Source: a bacterium (GTDB lineage: Bacteria > Arandabacterota > Arandabacteria > Arandabacterales > JALGWA01). From it: a DNA stretch of 19,194 nucleotides. The stretch covers positions 1 through 19,194 of the forward strand of contig JASFEA010000054.1 of assembly GCA_050125095.1 (NCBI GenBank), given 5' to 3'. Shown here piece by piece: positions 1-8,329 of this stretch (positions are counted from its first letter, which is position 1; every line of letters begins with the position of its first letter). The notes below the pieces were generated by a model. It was not told the origin of the DNA. It made no database searches and worked only from the letters and a program-made list of their open reading frames with translations. A program made the position numbers and the translations under genes.

Positions 1-1
1 G

Positions 2-1252
2 CGGAGCGCACTTCCCTTCCCCGGCATATTCGGCGAGGTCGTCTCCCAGGCCGTGGACGACATCAAATCGACCAAGCTGAGGTCGATGCTGACCGCGTTC
101 GGCGTGTTCTGGGGAGTCGCCGCCGTCGCCCTCTTGAGCGGCTGGGGAATCGGCATGAAAGAGGCCTTTCTGGAGGACATAAATCAGCTGGGCGGCCGCC
201 GCACTACGATTTACGCAAGACGAATCGAAAGCGAGATAAGCGGGCTCCGGTCCGCGCGCGTATTGCGATTCACGGAGCAGGACGTAGAGGACCTGCGGCA
301 GAACGCCTGGTTCATCGAATACTTCGCCCCCGAACTCTGGATGGGATTCCCCGTGGTGGAGTACAGGGGCGAGTCCAGGGCGGTTCACACGCTGGGCATC
401 GAGCCGGGAACCCGCATAATAAGGAATTTCGAGGTGGCCGACGGGCGGTTCATTAACGAGCGCGATCTCAAGGACAGAAGGAAGGTCGCCTTCCTGGGCC
501 ACCGCATAAAGGACAGGCTCTTCGGCCCCGCGCCTGCCGTCGGGGAAAATATCCGCATCAAGGGGTATGTGTTCAAAGTCGTCGGGGTAGCTGTTGAAAA
601 GGGAGAACAGACCTCGATACACACCTCTCTGGACGACGACAAAATACTGGTGCCCTATACCACCGCCGATGTCCTGATGGACCAGAATTACCCGGACTAC
701 CTCATGATGCACCCTTCGCTGACGCTGCCCTGGGAGGAGGTCGAAGACAGGCTCGTGGCCATATTGCTCGAGAACCACGATATCGAGAGCGAGGAAGCCG
801 TGGGCATTTTCTCCGCCCTCGAGATCAGGGAGGGCTTCACCAAGGCCATGGACGCCCTCAGCGTCTTCCTCGGCGCCGTCGGCGTGGTCACGCTGCTCAT
901 CGGGAGCATAGGCGTCGCCAATGTCATGTTCGTCTCGGTTTCGCAGCGCACCAGGGAAGTCGGCATAAGGCGCGCCATAGGCGCAAGGCAGATTCACATC
1001 TTCGTGCAGTTCCTCGCCGAGGCAGCAATTATATGCCTGGCCGGCGGACTGCTTGGAGTTCTCTTCGCCTTCCTGCTGTCAAACCTGCTGGGCGTGCTTC
1101 CCCTGCCCGAGTTCTTCGCGGCGCCCAGGATAAACCCGTTCCTGGCGCTGATCATACTGGGGTGCATCGTCGGAGCGGGCATACTCGCGGGATTCGCGCC
1201 GGCGAGGAAGGCCGCGAAGAGCAACGTGATAGAGAGCCTGCACTACGAATAA
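2..1252 (+). CDS. ABC transporter permease, MacB/FtsX family (5'-truncated)
   Basis: KLRSMLTAFGVFWG first TM segment, periplasmic GRFINERD motif, IGSIGVANVMFVSVSQRTREVGIRRAIGA and C-terminal PARKAA..ESLHYE are typical of MacB-type permeases. The frame is open from base 2 (RSALPFPGIFGEVVSQAV...), so the true start probably lies upstream of the window rather than at GTG 53. Confidence 0.93.
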   Translation, partial: RSALPFPGIFGEVVSQAVDDIKSTKLRSMLTAFGVFWGVAAVALLSGWGIGMKEAFLEDINQLGGRRTTIYARRIESEISGLRSARVLRFTEQDVEDLRQNAWFIEYFAPELWMGFPVVEYRGESRAVHTLGIEPGTRIIRNFEVADGRFINERDLKDRRKVAFLGHRIKDRLFGPAPAVGENIRIKGYVFKVVGVAVEKGEQTSIHTSLDDDKILVPYTTADVLMDQNYPDYLMMHPSLTLPWEEVEDRLVAILLENHDIESEEAVGIFSALEIREGFTKAMDALSVFLGAVGVVTLLIGSIGVANVMFVSVSQRTREVGIRRAIGARQIHIFVQFLAEAAIICLAGGLLGVLFAFLLSNLLGVLPLPEFFAAPRINPFLALIILGCIVGAGILAGFAPARKAAKSNVIESLHYE

Positions 1253-1286
1253 TGGGCATCGCTCGCGGATGAGGCGGGCACTCAAG

Positions 1287-1700
1287 TTATTCCACGATTC
1301 CCTCGTAGGTAATCGTCACCTTGTCTCTCAGCATCACGCCCACCGAGCAGTACTTGTCCACCGACAGCTTCATGGCCTTTTCAAGCTGCTCTTTGGTTAG
1401 ACCGTCGCCCGAGGCGGTGAAAGTCATCTTGATATCCTCGAAATAGGAAGGTTCCTTCTCGCGGCGCCTGGCGTCCACCTTTATGTCGAGTTTCGTAAGA
1501 TCAACTCTCATTTTCTTAAGGATCAGTACTATGTCCATACCCGAGCAACTCGCCAGCGCCATGGCAACCGTTTCCATGGGCGTTACATGGTCGCCCGAGC
1601 CGCCGTACTTGATCCCCGTATCAAATACCATGCCGGCCCCCGATTCGCTCTCGGCAGTGAACTTCATCTCCCCTGCCCACGCCAGTTTTACTTCCACCAT
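1287..1700 (-). CDS. OsmC/YhfA-family protein
   Basis: 137 aa; TPMETVAMALASCSGMD and KYCSV two-cysteine motifs; purine-rich RBS (GAGAGGGGG) upstream of ATG. Confidence 0.92.
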   Translation of the reverse strand: MVEVKLAWAGEMKFTAESESGAGMVFDTGIKYGGSGDHVTPMETVAMALASCSGMDIVLILKKMRVDLTKLDIKVDARRREKEPSYFEDIKMTFTASGDGLTKEQLEKAMKLSVDKYCSVGVMLRDKVTITYEGIVE

Positions 1701-1736
1701 TGACCCCCTCTCACTCCGATTGAACCGGTCATGTAC

Positions 1737-3221
1737 TCATCTCGAATCGGTCAGAATCTCAACCGGGTTGTTCCCGCGTCTCAACAGGTAATCCACCCAT
1801 CTCAAATTCACTTTTCTCATCACCTCCAGCATGTCCATGCGCGCCTGGAAGTGAGCTATCTCGGATTCCATCAGGTCGCTTTCCGACAGCAGCCCCTCTT
1901 CGAACTGGGCTTTTCTTTTGACAAGTCTGCGCTCGATAAGATTCACTTTCTGCGCATAAAGATCGAGCGTCGCCCGGAGCGCCAGTATCTCACGGGAAAG
2001 CTGGCCCATCATCCGCCGGGATACGACCACGGTGTTGTCGTAGCCGGCCTCGGCGGCCTTGAGATCGGCTCTTAAGAGGTCGATGTCATGGGCCCTTCCG
2101 GCCTCATAAAGCGGCACATCGAGTCTCAGGGAGCCGCCCCATCTGTTGTGGTCGAAGTTCCGGCCCGCCTCGGAGGCGTCGTCGCCTACCCCCTGCAATC
2201 CATACCACAGGGACACAGTCGGCAGTACATAACGCCACGCGGATTTCTCCTTGAGAGCGACGCGCGCTATCTCGACCTCGCATCGGACCTTGACCACTTC
2301 CGGGTTCTCCGCAACGGACGCGAGAGACGTGTCCACCACGGACGCGGCGCTGAGGTCTTCCGGGTAGACCGCTTCGGGATCGAAACCCTTGAGCCTCATT
2401 CGCTCCCTTGAAGCCGCGAGGGCCCCGGCGGCGTCTATCAGCGCGATTTCGGCGGCCCGGGCCTCTATCTTTGTGTCTATGAGTTCCTCTTCCGATATGA
2501 TGCCGTCTGCATAACTCCCCTCAGCCGCCAATGCGTCCGAACTCGCGAGCGCGTGCTCCCTACGGGCTATCTCATGCCTCAAGCGGCTCGTCATGAAGTC
2601 GAAGGCAAGGTCGATGGCGCTCCGCGCCGACTGCGCAGAGTCCATCAGGAACTGCACTTCCGCCTGGAGAAGTCTCAGCCGGGCCCTATCCCCCTCCCCA
2701 CCGCGCCGCCAGAGCTCCCTGAGGGGCTGGTCCAGCACAACCCCGACGTCGGTGAGGAACTGCTGGTCGCCGGTTTCGCGTGGAATAGTGACACCCGCTG
2801 GAAAACCGACATGCGCGAATTCCGACTCGTCGATGGAAGTCCTGCCGCTCAAGGTCAGGGTGCCGCCGGTCGGTAGGGGTTGCCTGAGGGATAGCGAGAA
2901 ATCGTAAGACTTCCATTTGTTCTCATACCAGCCCCGGTAGAGGACGCTGTCGAATTCAGCGTAGGCCACGTTCCTTACCCAGGACCTCCGCGGGGTGGTG
3001 ACGTCGAGGCTGAGGGTCGGGTACGGCAGCACTCCCCAGACTTCGCGGGTAAGGTCGCGCGCCGCCCTCAGCCTTATCTGAGCCGCCTCATAGGTCTCAT
3101 CGCCGCCCGTGTAAGCGGAGATGAAGTCATTGAGAGACCCGGCCCGGCACGTGCCGCATGACGCGGCCGCAATACATAGAGCCGGCACCAGGAGCAGGCA
3201 GATGTACTCCGAACTCTTCAT
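1737..3221 (-). CDS. TolC-family outer-membrane efflux protein
   Basis: 494 aa; N-terminal signal peptide; two repeats of the OEP pattern (PTLSL...LSLRQPL; PTVSL...LRLDVPLY) with helical segments ending SYADGIISEEEL and QFEEGLLSESDL; lies downstream of MFP and permease genes. Confidence 0.82.
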   Translation of the reverse strand: MKSSEYICLLLVPALCIAAASCGTCRAGSLNDFISAYTGGDETYEAAQIRLRAARDLTREVWGVLPYPTLSLDVTTPRRSWVRNVAYAEFDSVLYRGWYENKWKSYDFSLSLRQPLPTGGTLTLSGRTSIDESEFAHVGFPAGVTIPRETGDQQFLTDVGVVLDQPLRELWRRGGEGDRARLRLLQAEVQFLMDSAQSARSAIDLAFDFMTSRLRHEIARREHALASSDALAAEGSYADGIISEEELIDTKIEARAAEIALIDAAGALAASRERMRLKGFDPEAVYPEDLSAASVVDTSLASVAENPEVVKVRCEVEIARVALKEKSAWRYVLPTVSLWYGLQGVGDDASEAGRNFDHNRWGGSLRLDVPLYEAGRAHDIDLLRADLKAAEAGYDNTVVVSRRMMGQLSREILALRATLDLYAQKVNLIERRLVKRKAQFEEGLLSESDLMESEIAHFQARMDMLEVMRKVNLRWVDYLLRRGNNPVEILTDSR

Positions 3222-3233
3222 ACTCCCCTTGCC

Positions 3234-4469
3234 TCATTCATACCTGAGCGCCTCCACGGGGTCCAGGTGCGCGGCGCGGCGGGCCGGGTAATAGCCGGAC
3301 ACGATGCCCACGATACTCGCGACGCCGACCGATATGATCACATGCCAGACGTTTATGCCCGTCCTCCAACCGGCGAAATTCCCGACCGCAAACGACAGGC
3401 CCACTCCCAGCCCGATCCCCAGGACACAGCCCACGAGGCATATGGAAACCGCCTCTGTCAGGAACTGCAGCATAACTTCCCGGGAGGTCGCCCCGGCCGC
3501 TCTTCTTATGCCTATCTCATGCCTGCGCTCCAGCACGCTCGCCAGCATGATGTTCATTATGCCGATCCCGCCCACCAGCAGGCTGATGCCCGCAATGGTC
3601 GCCATTACTATATTGAATGTGCGCTGCGTCCGCCGGCTCTGCGCGAGAAGCGCCTGCGGCACGACGATCTTGTAGTCGCTCTCTCCGCTGTGCAGCCTCT
3701 CGAGCGCCCTCTCGATAACGCGCGCTGCGGCTTCGACGCGCCCGGCGGCCGGTATGGCGAGCACGATCTCATCCAGGCTCTCCTGGGGCCGCATCCCCCT
3801 GCTCGAGGGCGGGTCGAAGTAGGAAGCCACGCTGAGCGGCACGAATACCTCGACATTGTATTTTGGTATGCGGAGGCCCGTGACCCGTGACCTGCCGACT
3901 TTCTTGTACTCCGAGACGCCTATGACTGTAAACCAGGCGTCGCCGATCTTCACCTCTCTGCCGATGGGGTCCTCAAACGCGGCGAGCGCCTTCTTGAGCG
4001 ACGCGCCCAGCACGCACACCTTGGCCCGCGTTCCGTAATCGTGCCGGTCGAAATAGCGTCCGCCGTCCAGTCCCAGGTTCACTATGCCGGCGAACTCGGG
4101 TGTCGTCGCCACGACTTCCACCGAGTATTTCCTCGTACCCATCTGTATGACGGTGTTGGGAAACCTTCTTATGGCCGCCCACCGGCCGGCGCCCGATGCG
4201 GAAGCGAGCGACGGGCCGTCCCCCATAAGCAGGCCGTCCGTTACCCCTGCCGACCAGTCGGCCCATGAGTTCTCCACGAAGACCGTGTTTGCCCCCATCA
4301 GGCTGACCTGCTCGAGCATCTCGCGCTTGGCGCCTTCGCTAATGGAGAGCATGGCGATGACGGCGGCGACGCCGAACATCACGCCCAGGGCCGTAAGAAA
4401 TGCGCGCACTTTGTTGGATAGCATGGAGCGCAGCGAAACCGCGATGCTCTCGAGACGGTAGGGCGCCAA
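3234..4469 (-). CDS. ABC transporter permease, MacB family (no nucleotide-binding domain)
   Basis: NKVRAFLTALGVMFGVAAVIAM, GISLLVGGIGIMNIMLASVLERRHEIGIRRAAGA, YPARRAAHLDPVEALRYE; TTG start with GGGGAG RBS. Confidence 0.95.
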   Translation of the reverse strand: MAPYRLESIAVSLRSMLSNKVRAFLTALGVMFGVAAVIAMLSISEGAKREMLEQVSLMGANTVFVENSWADWSAGVTDGLLMGDGPSLASASGAGRWAAIRRFPNTVIQMGTRKYSVEVVATTPEFAGIVNLGLDGGRYFDRHDYGTRAKVCVLGASLKKALAAFEDPIGREVKIGDAWFTVIGVSEYKKVGRSRVTGLRIPKYNVEVFVPLSVASYFDPPSSRGMRPQESLDEIVLAIPAAGRVEAAARVIERALERLHSGESDYKIVVPQALLAQSRRTQRTFNIVMATIAGISLLVGGIGIMNIMLASVLERRHEIGIRRAAGATSREVMLQFLTEAVSICLVGCVLGIGLGVGLSFAVGNFAGWRTGINVWHVIISVGVASIVGIVSGYYPARRAAHLDPVEALRYE

Positions 4470-4471
4470 CT

Positions 4472-5644
4472 CTACTCCCCGCTTTCGGTGGGGTCCTCTA
4501 GCGCGACTTCATCGCCCTCACCCAGGCCCGATCGGATGATGATATGCGAGTCGTTCCTCGGGCCCACCTCGACCTCTCGCGGCCGGAAACCCCTTCCGCT
4601 CTTCACGTAGACGAGCGTGGCGCCTTCCTTCTCGAAAACGGATTCGATGGGCACGAATATCTCGTCGGGATAGACGTCGACTATGATCTCGACCCTGGCG
4701 ATCATGCCCGGCCGGAACCGCTCGTCCTTCTCGTCGAGCTCCACCGATATGTCGAACACATTGGGGCCCCGGCTCTGGTATTTGCTTCGGGCGAGATTCC
4801 CGACGGTGCCGATATGCCCGCCGAAGGAGGTATCCGGATAAGCCTCCAGGGTTATGCGGCAGAACTGGTCGACCCCCACCCTGCTGATATCGGTCTCGTC
4901 AATATCCGACGCCACGTACTGGGTCGAAAGGTCGGGCAGCGCCATTATTGGCTGTCCGGGCCAGGGCGAGTCTCCCTCCTGCACCTTGACCTGCTGGCCC
5001 CCGCGCCAGACCTTCTCATGGATCACGATGCCGTCGCCGGGTGCGGTAACGGTGAGCTTGGCGATATTCTTCTCGGCCGTCGTCACCCGCTCCTCGGCCC
5101 TGGCTATATTGACTTCTTCCTTGAGGGCCTCGGCTTCCATTACCTTGAGCTCGGTCTCGCGCCGGGCCACCGCCAGGTCGGCGTCTCGCTCGGCTTTCTC
5201 CAGGTCGGCCGCCGAACCGCCCTCGGCCTTTCTCAAGGCCAGTTGGCCCTCGGCGACACCCGCATCGAGTTCCTTTTTTCTCAGCTCATTCTTGGCCAGC
5301 ATTAGGTCGAGGTCGGCCCTGGCAGCCGTGAGCTCGCGCCTGGCGCTTTCCAGGCGTTCGGTAAACTCCATGTCGTCGAATTGCGCCAGGAAGTCGCCCT
5401 TCGCGACGTAGGTCCCCTCGGGAACGAGCCTTGTTATGAGGAGTTTGCTGCCGACGCTGGGGGCGGTTACGGTAAGCGACCTGCGGGCGGTGAGCACGCC
5501 GCTCCTCACGATCTTGATCGTGAACTCGCCGCGCTCCGCCGGCGTGGAGACCGTGCCGGCGTTCCGCGCCAGTGTCAGTATGAGTATGACGCCGACCACC
5601 ACTATGGCGCCGACAATGACACCTGTTTTAGTCCAGCGCGTCAA
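4472..5644 (-). CDS. Efflux membrane fusion protein (MacA/HlyD-like periplasmic adaptor)
   Basis: N-terminal TM anchor, lipoyl-like half motifs (VPEGTYVAKGD; VTAPGDGIV), long coiled hairpin, FRPGMIARV, and C-terminal SGLGEGDEV. TTG start. Confidence 0.92.
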   Translation of the reverse strand: MTRWTKTGVIVGAIVVVGVILILTLARNAGTVSTPAERGEFTIKIVRSGVLTARRSLTVTAPSVGSKLLITRLVPEGTYVAKGDFLAQFDDMEFTERLESARRELTAARADLDLMLAKNELRKKELDAGVAEGQLALRKAEGGSAADLEKAERDADLAVARRETELKVMEAEALKEEVNIARAEERVTTAEKNIAKLTVTAPGDGIVIHEKVWRGGQQVKVQEGDSPWPGQPIMALPDLSTQYVASDIDETDISRVGVDQFCRITLEAYPDTSFGGHIGTVGNLARSKYQSRGPNVFDISVELDEKDERFRPGMIARVEIIVDVYPDEIFVPIESVFEKEGATLVYVKSGRGFRPREVEVGPRNDSHIIIRSGLGEGDEVALEDPTESGE

Positions 5645-5691
5645 GACACTAACACCGGCCCCTTGCAGTCACAGTGGATGTGCAGACCCGA

Positions 5692-6114
5692 CTACTGCGT
5701 ACGCTTTATTATGTGATATCCGAACTTGGTCTCCACAACATCCGAGACCCCGCCCGGCTCGAGCGCAAACGTGGCGTCCTCGAAAGGCTTGACCATCCTC
5801 CCCTTCTTGAAAAAGCCCAGGTCCCCGCCCTTCTCCGCGGTGGGGCAGTCCGAATAGGCCCTGGCCAGCTCCCCGAAGTCCTCACCGGCCTTCGCTTTCT
5901 TGTCGATGTCCTGCGCCAGTTCGGACGCCTCCTGTTTACTCCTCGTGGACGTCGCCCTTTCGGCGCCTTCATATGATATGAGTATGTGGCTGGCCCTCAC
6001 GCTTCCCGGGGGCGCGGGCTGCACCGTCTTGGGAGCCTCTGCCTCCTGCTTCTCGCCGCCGCAGGCGAGCGAAAGTATCAGAACCGCCAGCAATACCATG
6101 AGAATTCTGTTCAT
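5692..6114 (-). CDS. Parvulin-type peptidyl-prolyl cis-trans isomerase, predicted lipoprotein
   Basis: VRASHILI, FGELARAYSDCPTAEKGGDLGFF, MVKPFEDATFAL and ETKFGYHII parvulin motifs; lipobox LSLAC; GGAGG RBS. Confidence 0.95.
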   Translation of the reverse strand: MNRILMVLLAVLILSLACGGEKQEAEAPKTVQPAPPGSVRASHILISYEGAERATSTRSKQEASELAQDIDKKAKAGEDFGELARAYSDCPTAEKGGDLGFFKKGRMVKPFEDATFALEPGGVSDVVETKFGYHIIKRTQ

Positions 6115-6149
6115 GTTATCCTCCCTCTCCGTGGCTGGGAATCAACTGC

Positions 6150-6178
6150 TTGATGGTTAATCGGTAGCAGGGTAACAT
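6150..6178 (+). promoter_or_regulatory. Candidate sigma70 promoter for the queG-like gene
   Basis: TTGATG (6150-6155), 17-bp spacer, TAACAT (6173-6178). Confidence 0.4.
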
Positions 6179-6197
6179 AGACGCGATTGGCGGTCAA
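6169..6197 (-). promoter_or_regulatory. Candidate sigma70 promoter for the PPIase-efflux operon
   Basis: Minus strand TTGACC (6197-6192), 17-bp spacer, TACCCT (6174-6169) preceded by a TGn extended -10. Confidence 0.45.
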
Positions 6198-6200
6198 TAG

Positions 6201-7334
6201 ATGGACGCAGCGAAACAACAGGAAGCGAAGAGAAGAATCCGGGAGCTCGCCCGGGCCGAGGGCATAGGTGCCGTGGGTTTCACCGACGCCGCGCCGCTCG
6301 AAGAGACGAGGCGCCACCTGGCGGAAGCTATCGCGGCCGGCTATATCCCGGCGGGGTCGATCCCGTCGGAAAAGACGCTTGAGAGAATCGTCGATCCCGG
6401 CCGCAGGCTGAAGACAGCCAGGACCGTCGTGACAGCCTGCCTGAGCTATAACACGGGCGAGACTCCGCCCGGCGACGCCGGCATGGGCATCATCGCGCCC
6501 TATACCCGGGCCAACTTCTACGGCGAAATCAAGTCCAGGCTCGCTAACGTCGCCTCCGCCATGGGAGAGGAGTTCGGGGCGACGAGCAAGGTTTCCTCCA
6601 ACTACGTCTCGCTCGCGGAAAAGCCGCTTGCCGCGAGATCCGGTCTCGGCTTCTACGGCAAGAACGGGATAATCATAAATCCCGGCTACGGCTCCTTTAT
6701 CGTGCTGGGCGAAATCGTCACCGACCTTGAAATCGAGCCGGACCCGCCTCTCGACATGGACTGCGGCGAGTGCACCGCCTGTATCAGGGCCTGCCCTACC
6801 GGCGCGATTGAAAAACCGGGCTGGGTGAATCGCAAGAAATGCATACAGTATATCAGCGAGAGGCGGGGCTCCATTCCCCATCAAATCCGGGACGTGTGGG
6901 GCAACAGGCTCTACGGCTGCTCGACCTGCCAGGACGTCTGCCCGTTCAACAGGGACATCCCGGCGGCGGCCCCCGAAGCGCCGTCGGCACACGTGGGAGG
7001 CGCCGTCCCGCTGGCGGAGGTCATCGGCATGGGCGAGGCCGACTTCACGCGCAAATTCGAAGGTAACCAGATCGGTATGAGGGACGCAAACGCGATCAGG
7101 AGAAACGCCATTGTGGCCGCCGGTAATTCCGGCGCCCGGGCGCTCGCCGGGCCCCTGACAGCCTGCCTGAATGATCTCGATCCCATGATAAGGGGGCATG
7201 CGGCGTGGGCGCTAGCGGCGCTTACGGGCGGGGACGCAAGGCCGGCTCTCGAGTCGTTGCTTAAGAGCGAATGGGAGCCCGAAGCGCGCAAGGAAACCCA
7301 GACAGCGCTTGACGCAACGGCACGGTTCTTTTAA
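6201..7334 (+). CDS. queG: Epoxyqueuosine reductase QueG-like protein (two 4Fe-4S clusters, C-terminal HEAT-like repeats)
   Basis: CGECTACIRACPTGA, KKCIQY and RLYGCSTCQDVCP Fe-S motifs; GLGFYGKN and GSFIVLGEIVTD; RRNAIVAAGN and IRGHAAWAL HEAT-like tail. Catalytic motifs diverge (see findings), so orthology is uncertain. Confidence 0.8.
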   Translation: MDAAKQQEAKRRIRELARAEGIGAVGFTDAAPLEETRRHLAEAIAAGYIPAGSIPSEKTLERIVDPGRRLKTARTVVTACLSYNTGETPPGDAGMGIIAPYTRANFYGEIKSRLANVASAMGEEFGATSKVSSNYVSLAEKPLAARSGLGFYGKNGIIINPGYGSFIVLGEIVTDLEIEPDPPLDMDCGECTACIRACPTGAIEKPGWVNRKKCIQYISERRGSIPHQIRDVWGNRLYGCSTCQDVCPFNRDIPAAAPEAPSAHVGGAVPLAEVIGMGEADFTRKFEGNQIGMRDANAIRRNAIVAAGNSGARALAGPLTACLNDLDPMIRGHAAWALAALTGGDARPALESLLKSEWEPEARKETQTALDATARFF

Positions 7335-7368
7335 CATGAATTGAAAGGACCGAGGTCGCGGATCGTCA

Positions 7369-7821
7369 ATGAACTTATCTAAATTAGTCCTTCCCAAGAA
7401 AATAAACCTCAACCTCGAGGCGACAACCAAAGAGGCCGTCATTGAGGAATTGGTCGAGATGCTGCGGCTCAGCGGACCCGCGAGCAAGACGCTGGTCGCG
7501 ACACTCCTCACCCGCGAATACCTCGGCTCCACCGGGGTCGGCAACGGCATCGCCATACCCCACTGCCGTTCGCTTGTAGTGAGCCGAGTTCGCGTCGCCA
7601 TAGGAAGATCAAGAAAAGGAATACCATATAAGTCGATAGACAAAAAGCGAGCGAAGATATTCTTTCTCATAGTCGCGCCTCCGGTCGGCGACCCGAGCGA
7701 TTACCTGATAGTGCTGGGCCAGGTCGCGCAGGTTGCCAAGAAGCTGGCCAAGGACAAGCGACTTCCGAAAATCAAGACAGGCCAGGAGCTCATAGACTTA
7801 ATAAAGGAATTCGAGAAATGA
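7369..7821 (+). CDS. PTS IIA domain protein (Ntr/fructose-mannitol type, PtsN-like)
   Basis: REYLGSTGVGNGIAIPHCR carries the phosphorylatable His motif; GIPYKSIDKKRAKIFFLIVAP; stand-alone, with no IIB/IIC gene nearby. Confidence 0.92.
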   Translation: MNLSKLVLPKKINLNLEATTKEAVIEELVEMLRLSGPASKTLVATLLTREYLGSTGVGNGIAIPHCRSLVVSRVRVAIGRSRKGIPYKSIDKKRAKIFFLIVAPPVGDPSDYLIVLGQVAQVAKKLAKDKRLPKIKTGQELIDLIKEFEK

Positions 7822-8186
7822 ATTCTCAACTTCAGGTCCTGATCGCGCTTCAGGACATACTCCTTCTCATCAGGGACGCGAAGGACCCGACGCGCAAGAA
7901 GAAGTACGGCCGGATCGGTTTCAAGATATCCAATTTGAAGTCGTTGGAGGATACGCAGGCCAAACTCGAGGAACAGCTCGACCCCGCCATCAGGAGCCAA
8001 TACGTACGCATGAAGCAGAGATACGGAAGGGTGGTGGCCCCCGTTATCAATGCTGTGTGCCACGGCTGCTTCGTCACCATCCCCTCTGCCATAAGAGGGG
8101 CCGAAGACCGGAACAAGAAGCTTTACCGCTGTGAGAACTGCGGCATGTTTCTCTACTGGGTCGAGGAGCAGCCCATTCTGCGGTAA
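7818..8186 (+). CDS. Short C4-type zinc-ribbon protein (CT398/zf-RING_7-like)
   Basis: MNSQLQVLIALQDI N-terminus; YVRMKQRYGRVVAPV; CHGCFVTIP...YRCENCGMFLY; ATGA overlap with the PTS IIA gene. Confidence 0.85.
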   Translation: MNSQLQVLIALQDILLLIRDAKDPTRKKKYGRIGFKISNLKSLEDTQAKLEEQLDPAIRSQYVRMKQRYGRVVAPVINAVCHGCFVTIPSAIRGAEDRNKKLYRCENCGMFLYWVEEQPILR

Positions 8187-8233
8187 TTGGCTTTAACAAA
8201 CCGGATTACACCGATTTTCCGCCCCTTTTTCCT

Positions 8234-8262
8234 TTGACAATGCTTGTATAAAATTGTAATAT
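8234..8262 (+). promoter_or_regulatory. Sigma70-type promoter of the ParA-CBM gene
   Basis: Perfect TTGACA (8234-8239), 17-bp spacer, TAATAT (8257-8262) in an AT-rich intergenic region; AGGAGG RBS at 8315-8320. Confidence 0.7.
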
Positions 8263-8329
8263 CTCTCAAAATTGCGTGTTTTCTGGAATATCTCAATTCG
8301 GGGCGAAGAACAATAGGAGGTTGTTCTAA

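Noticed and set aside
4544-5411. Plus-strand ORFs of 253 and 185 aa
   Set aside because: Antisense shadows of the membrane fusion protein gene.
6111-7199. 362-aa antisense ORF over the queG-like gene
   Set aside because: No recognisable motifs; fully shadows a well-supported gene; long antisense ORFs are expected in GC-rich DNA.
8187-8329. AT-rich region next to parA as possible oriC, parS or ncRNA; AATATCTC repeated at 8258 and 8287
   Set aside because: No DnaA boxes, parS palindrome or convincing structure found; explained by promoter and RBS; an 8-bp repeat is too short to support a claim.
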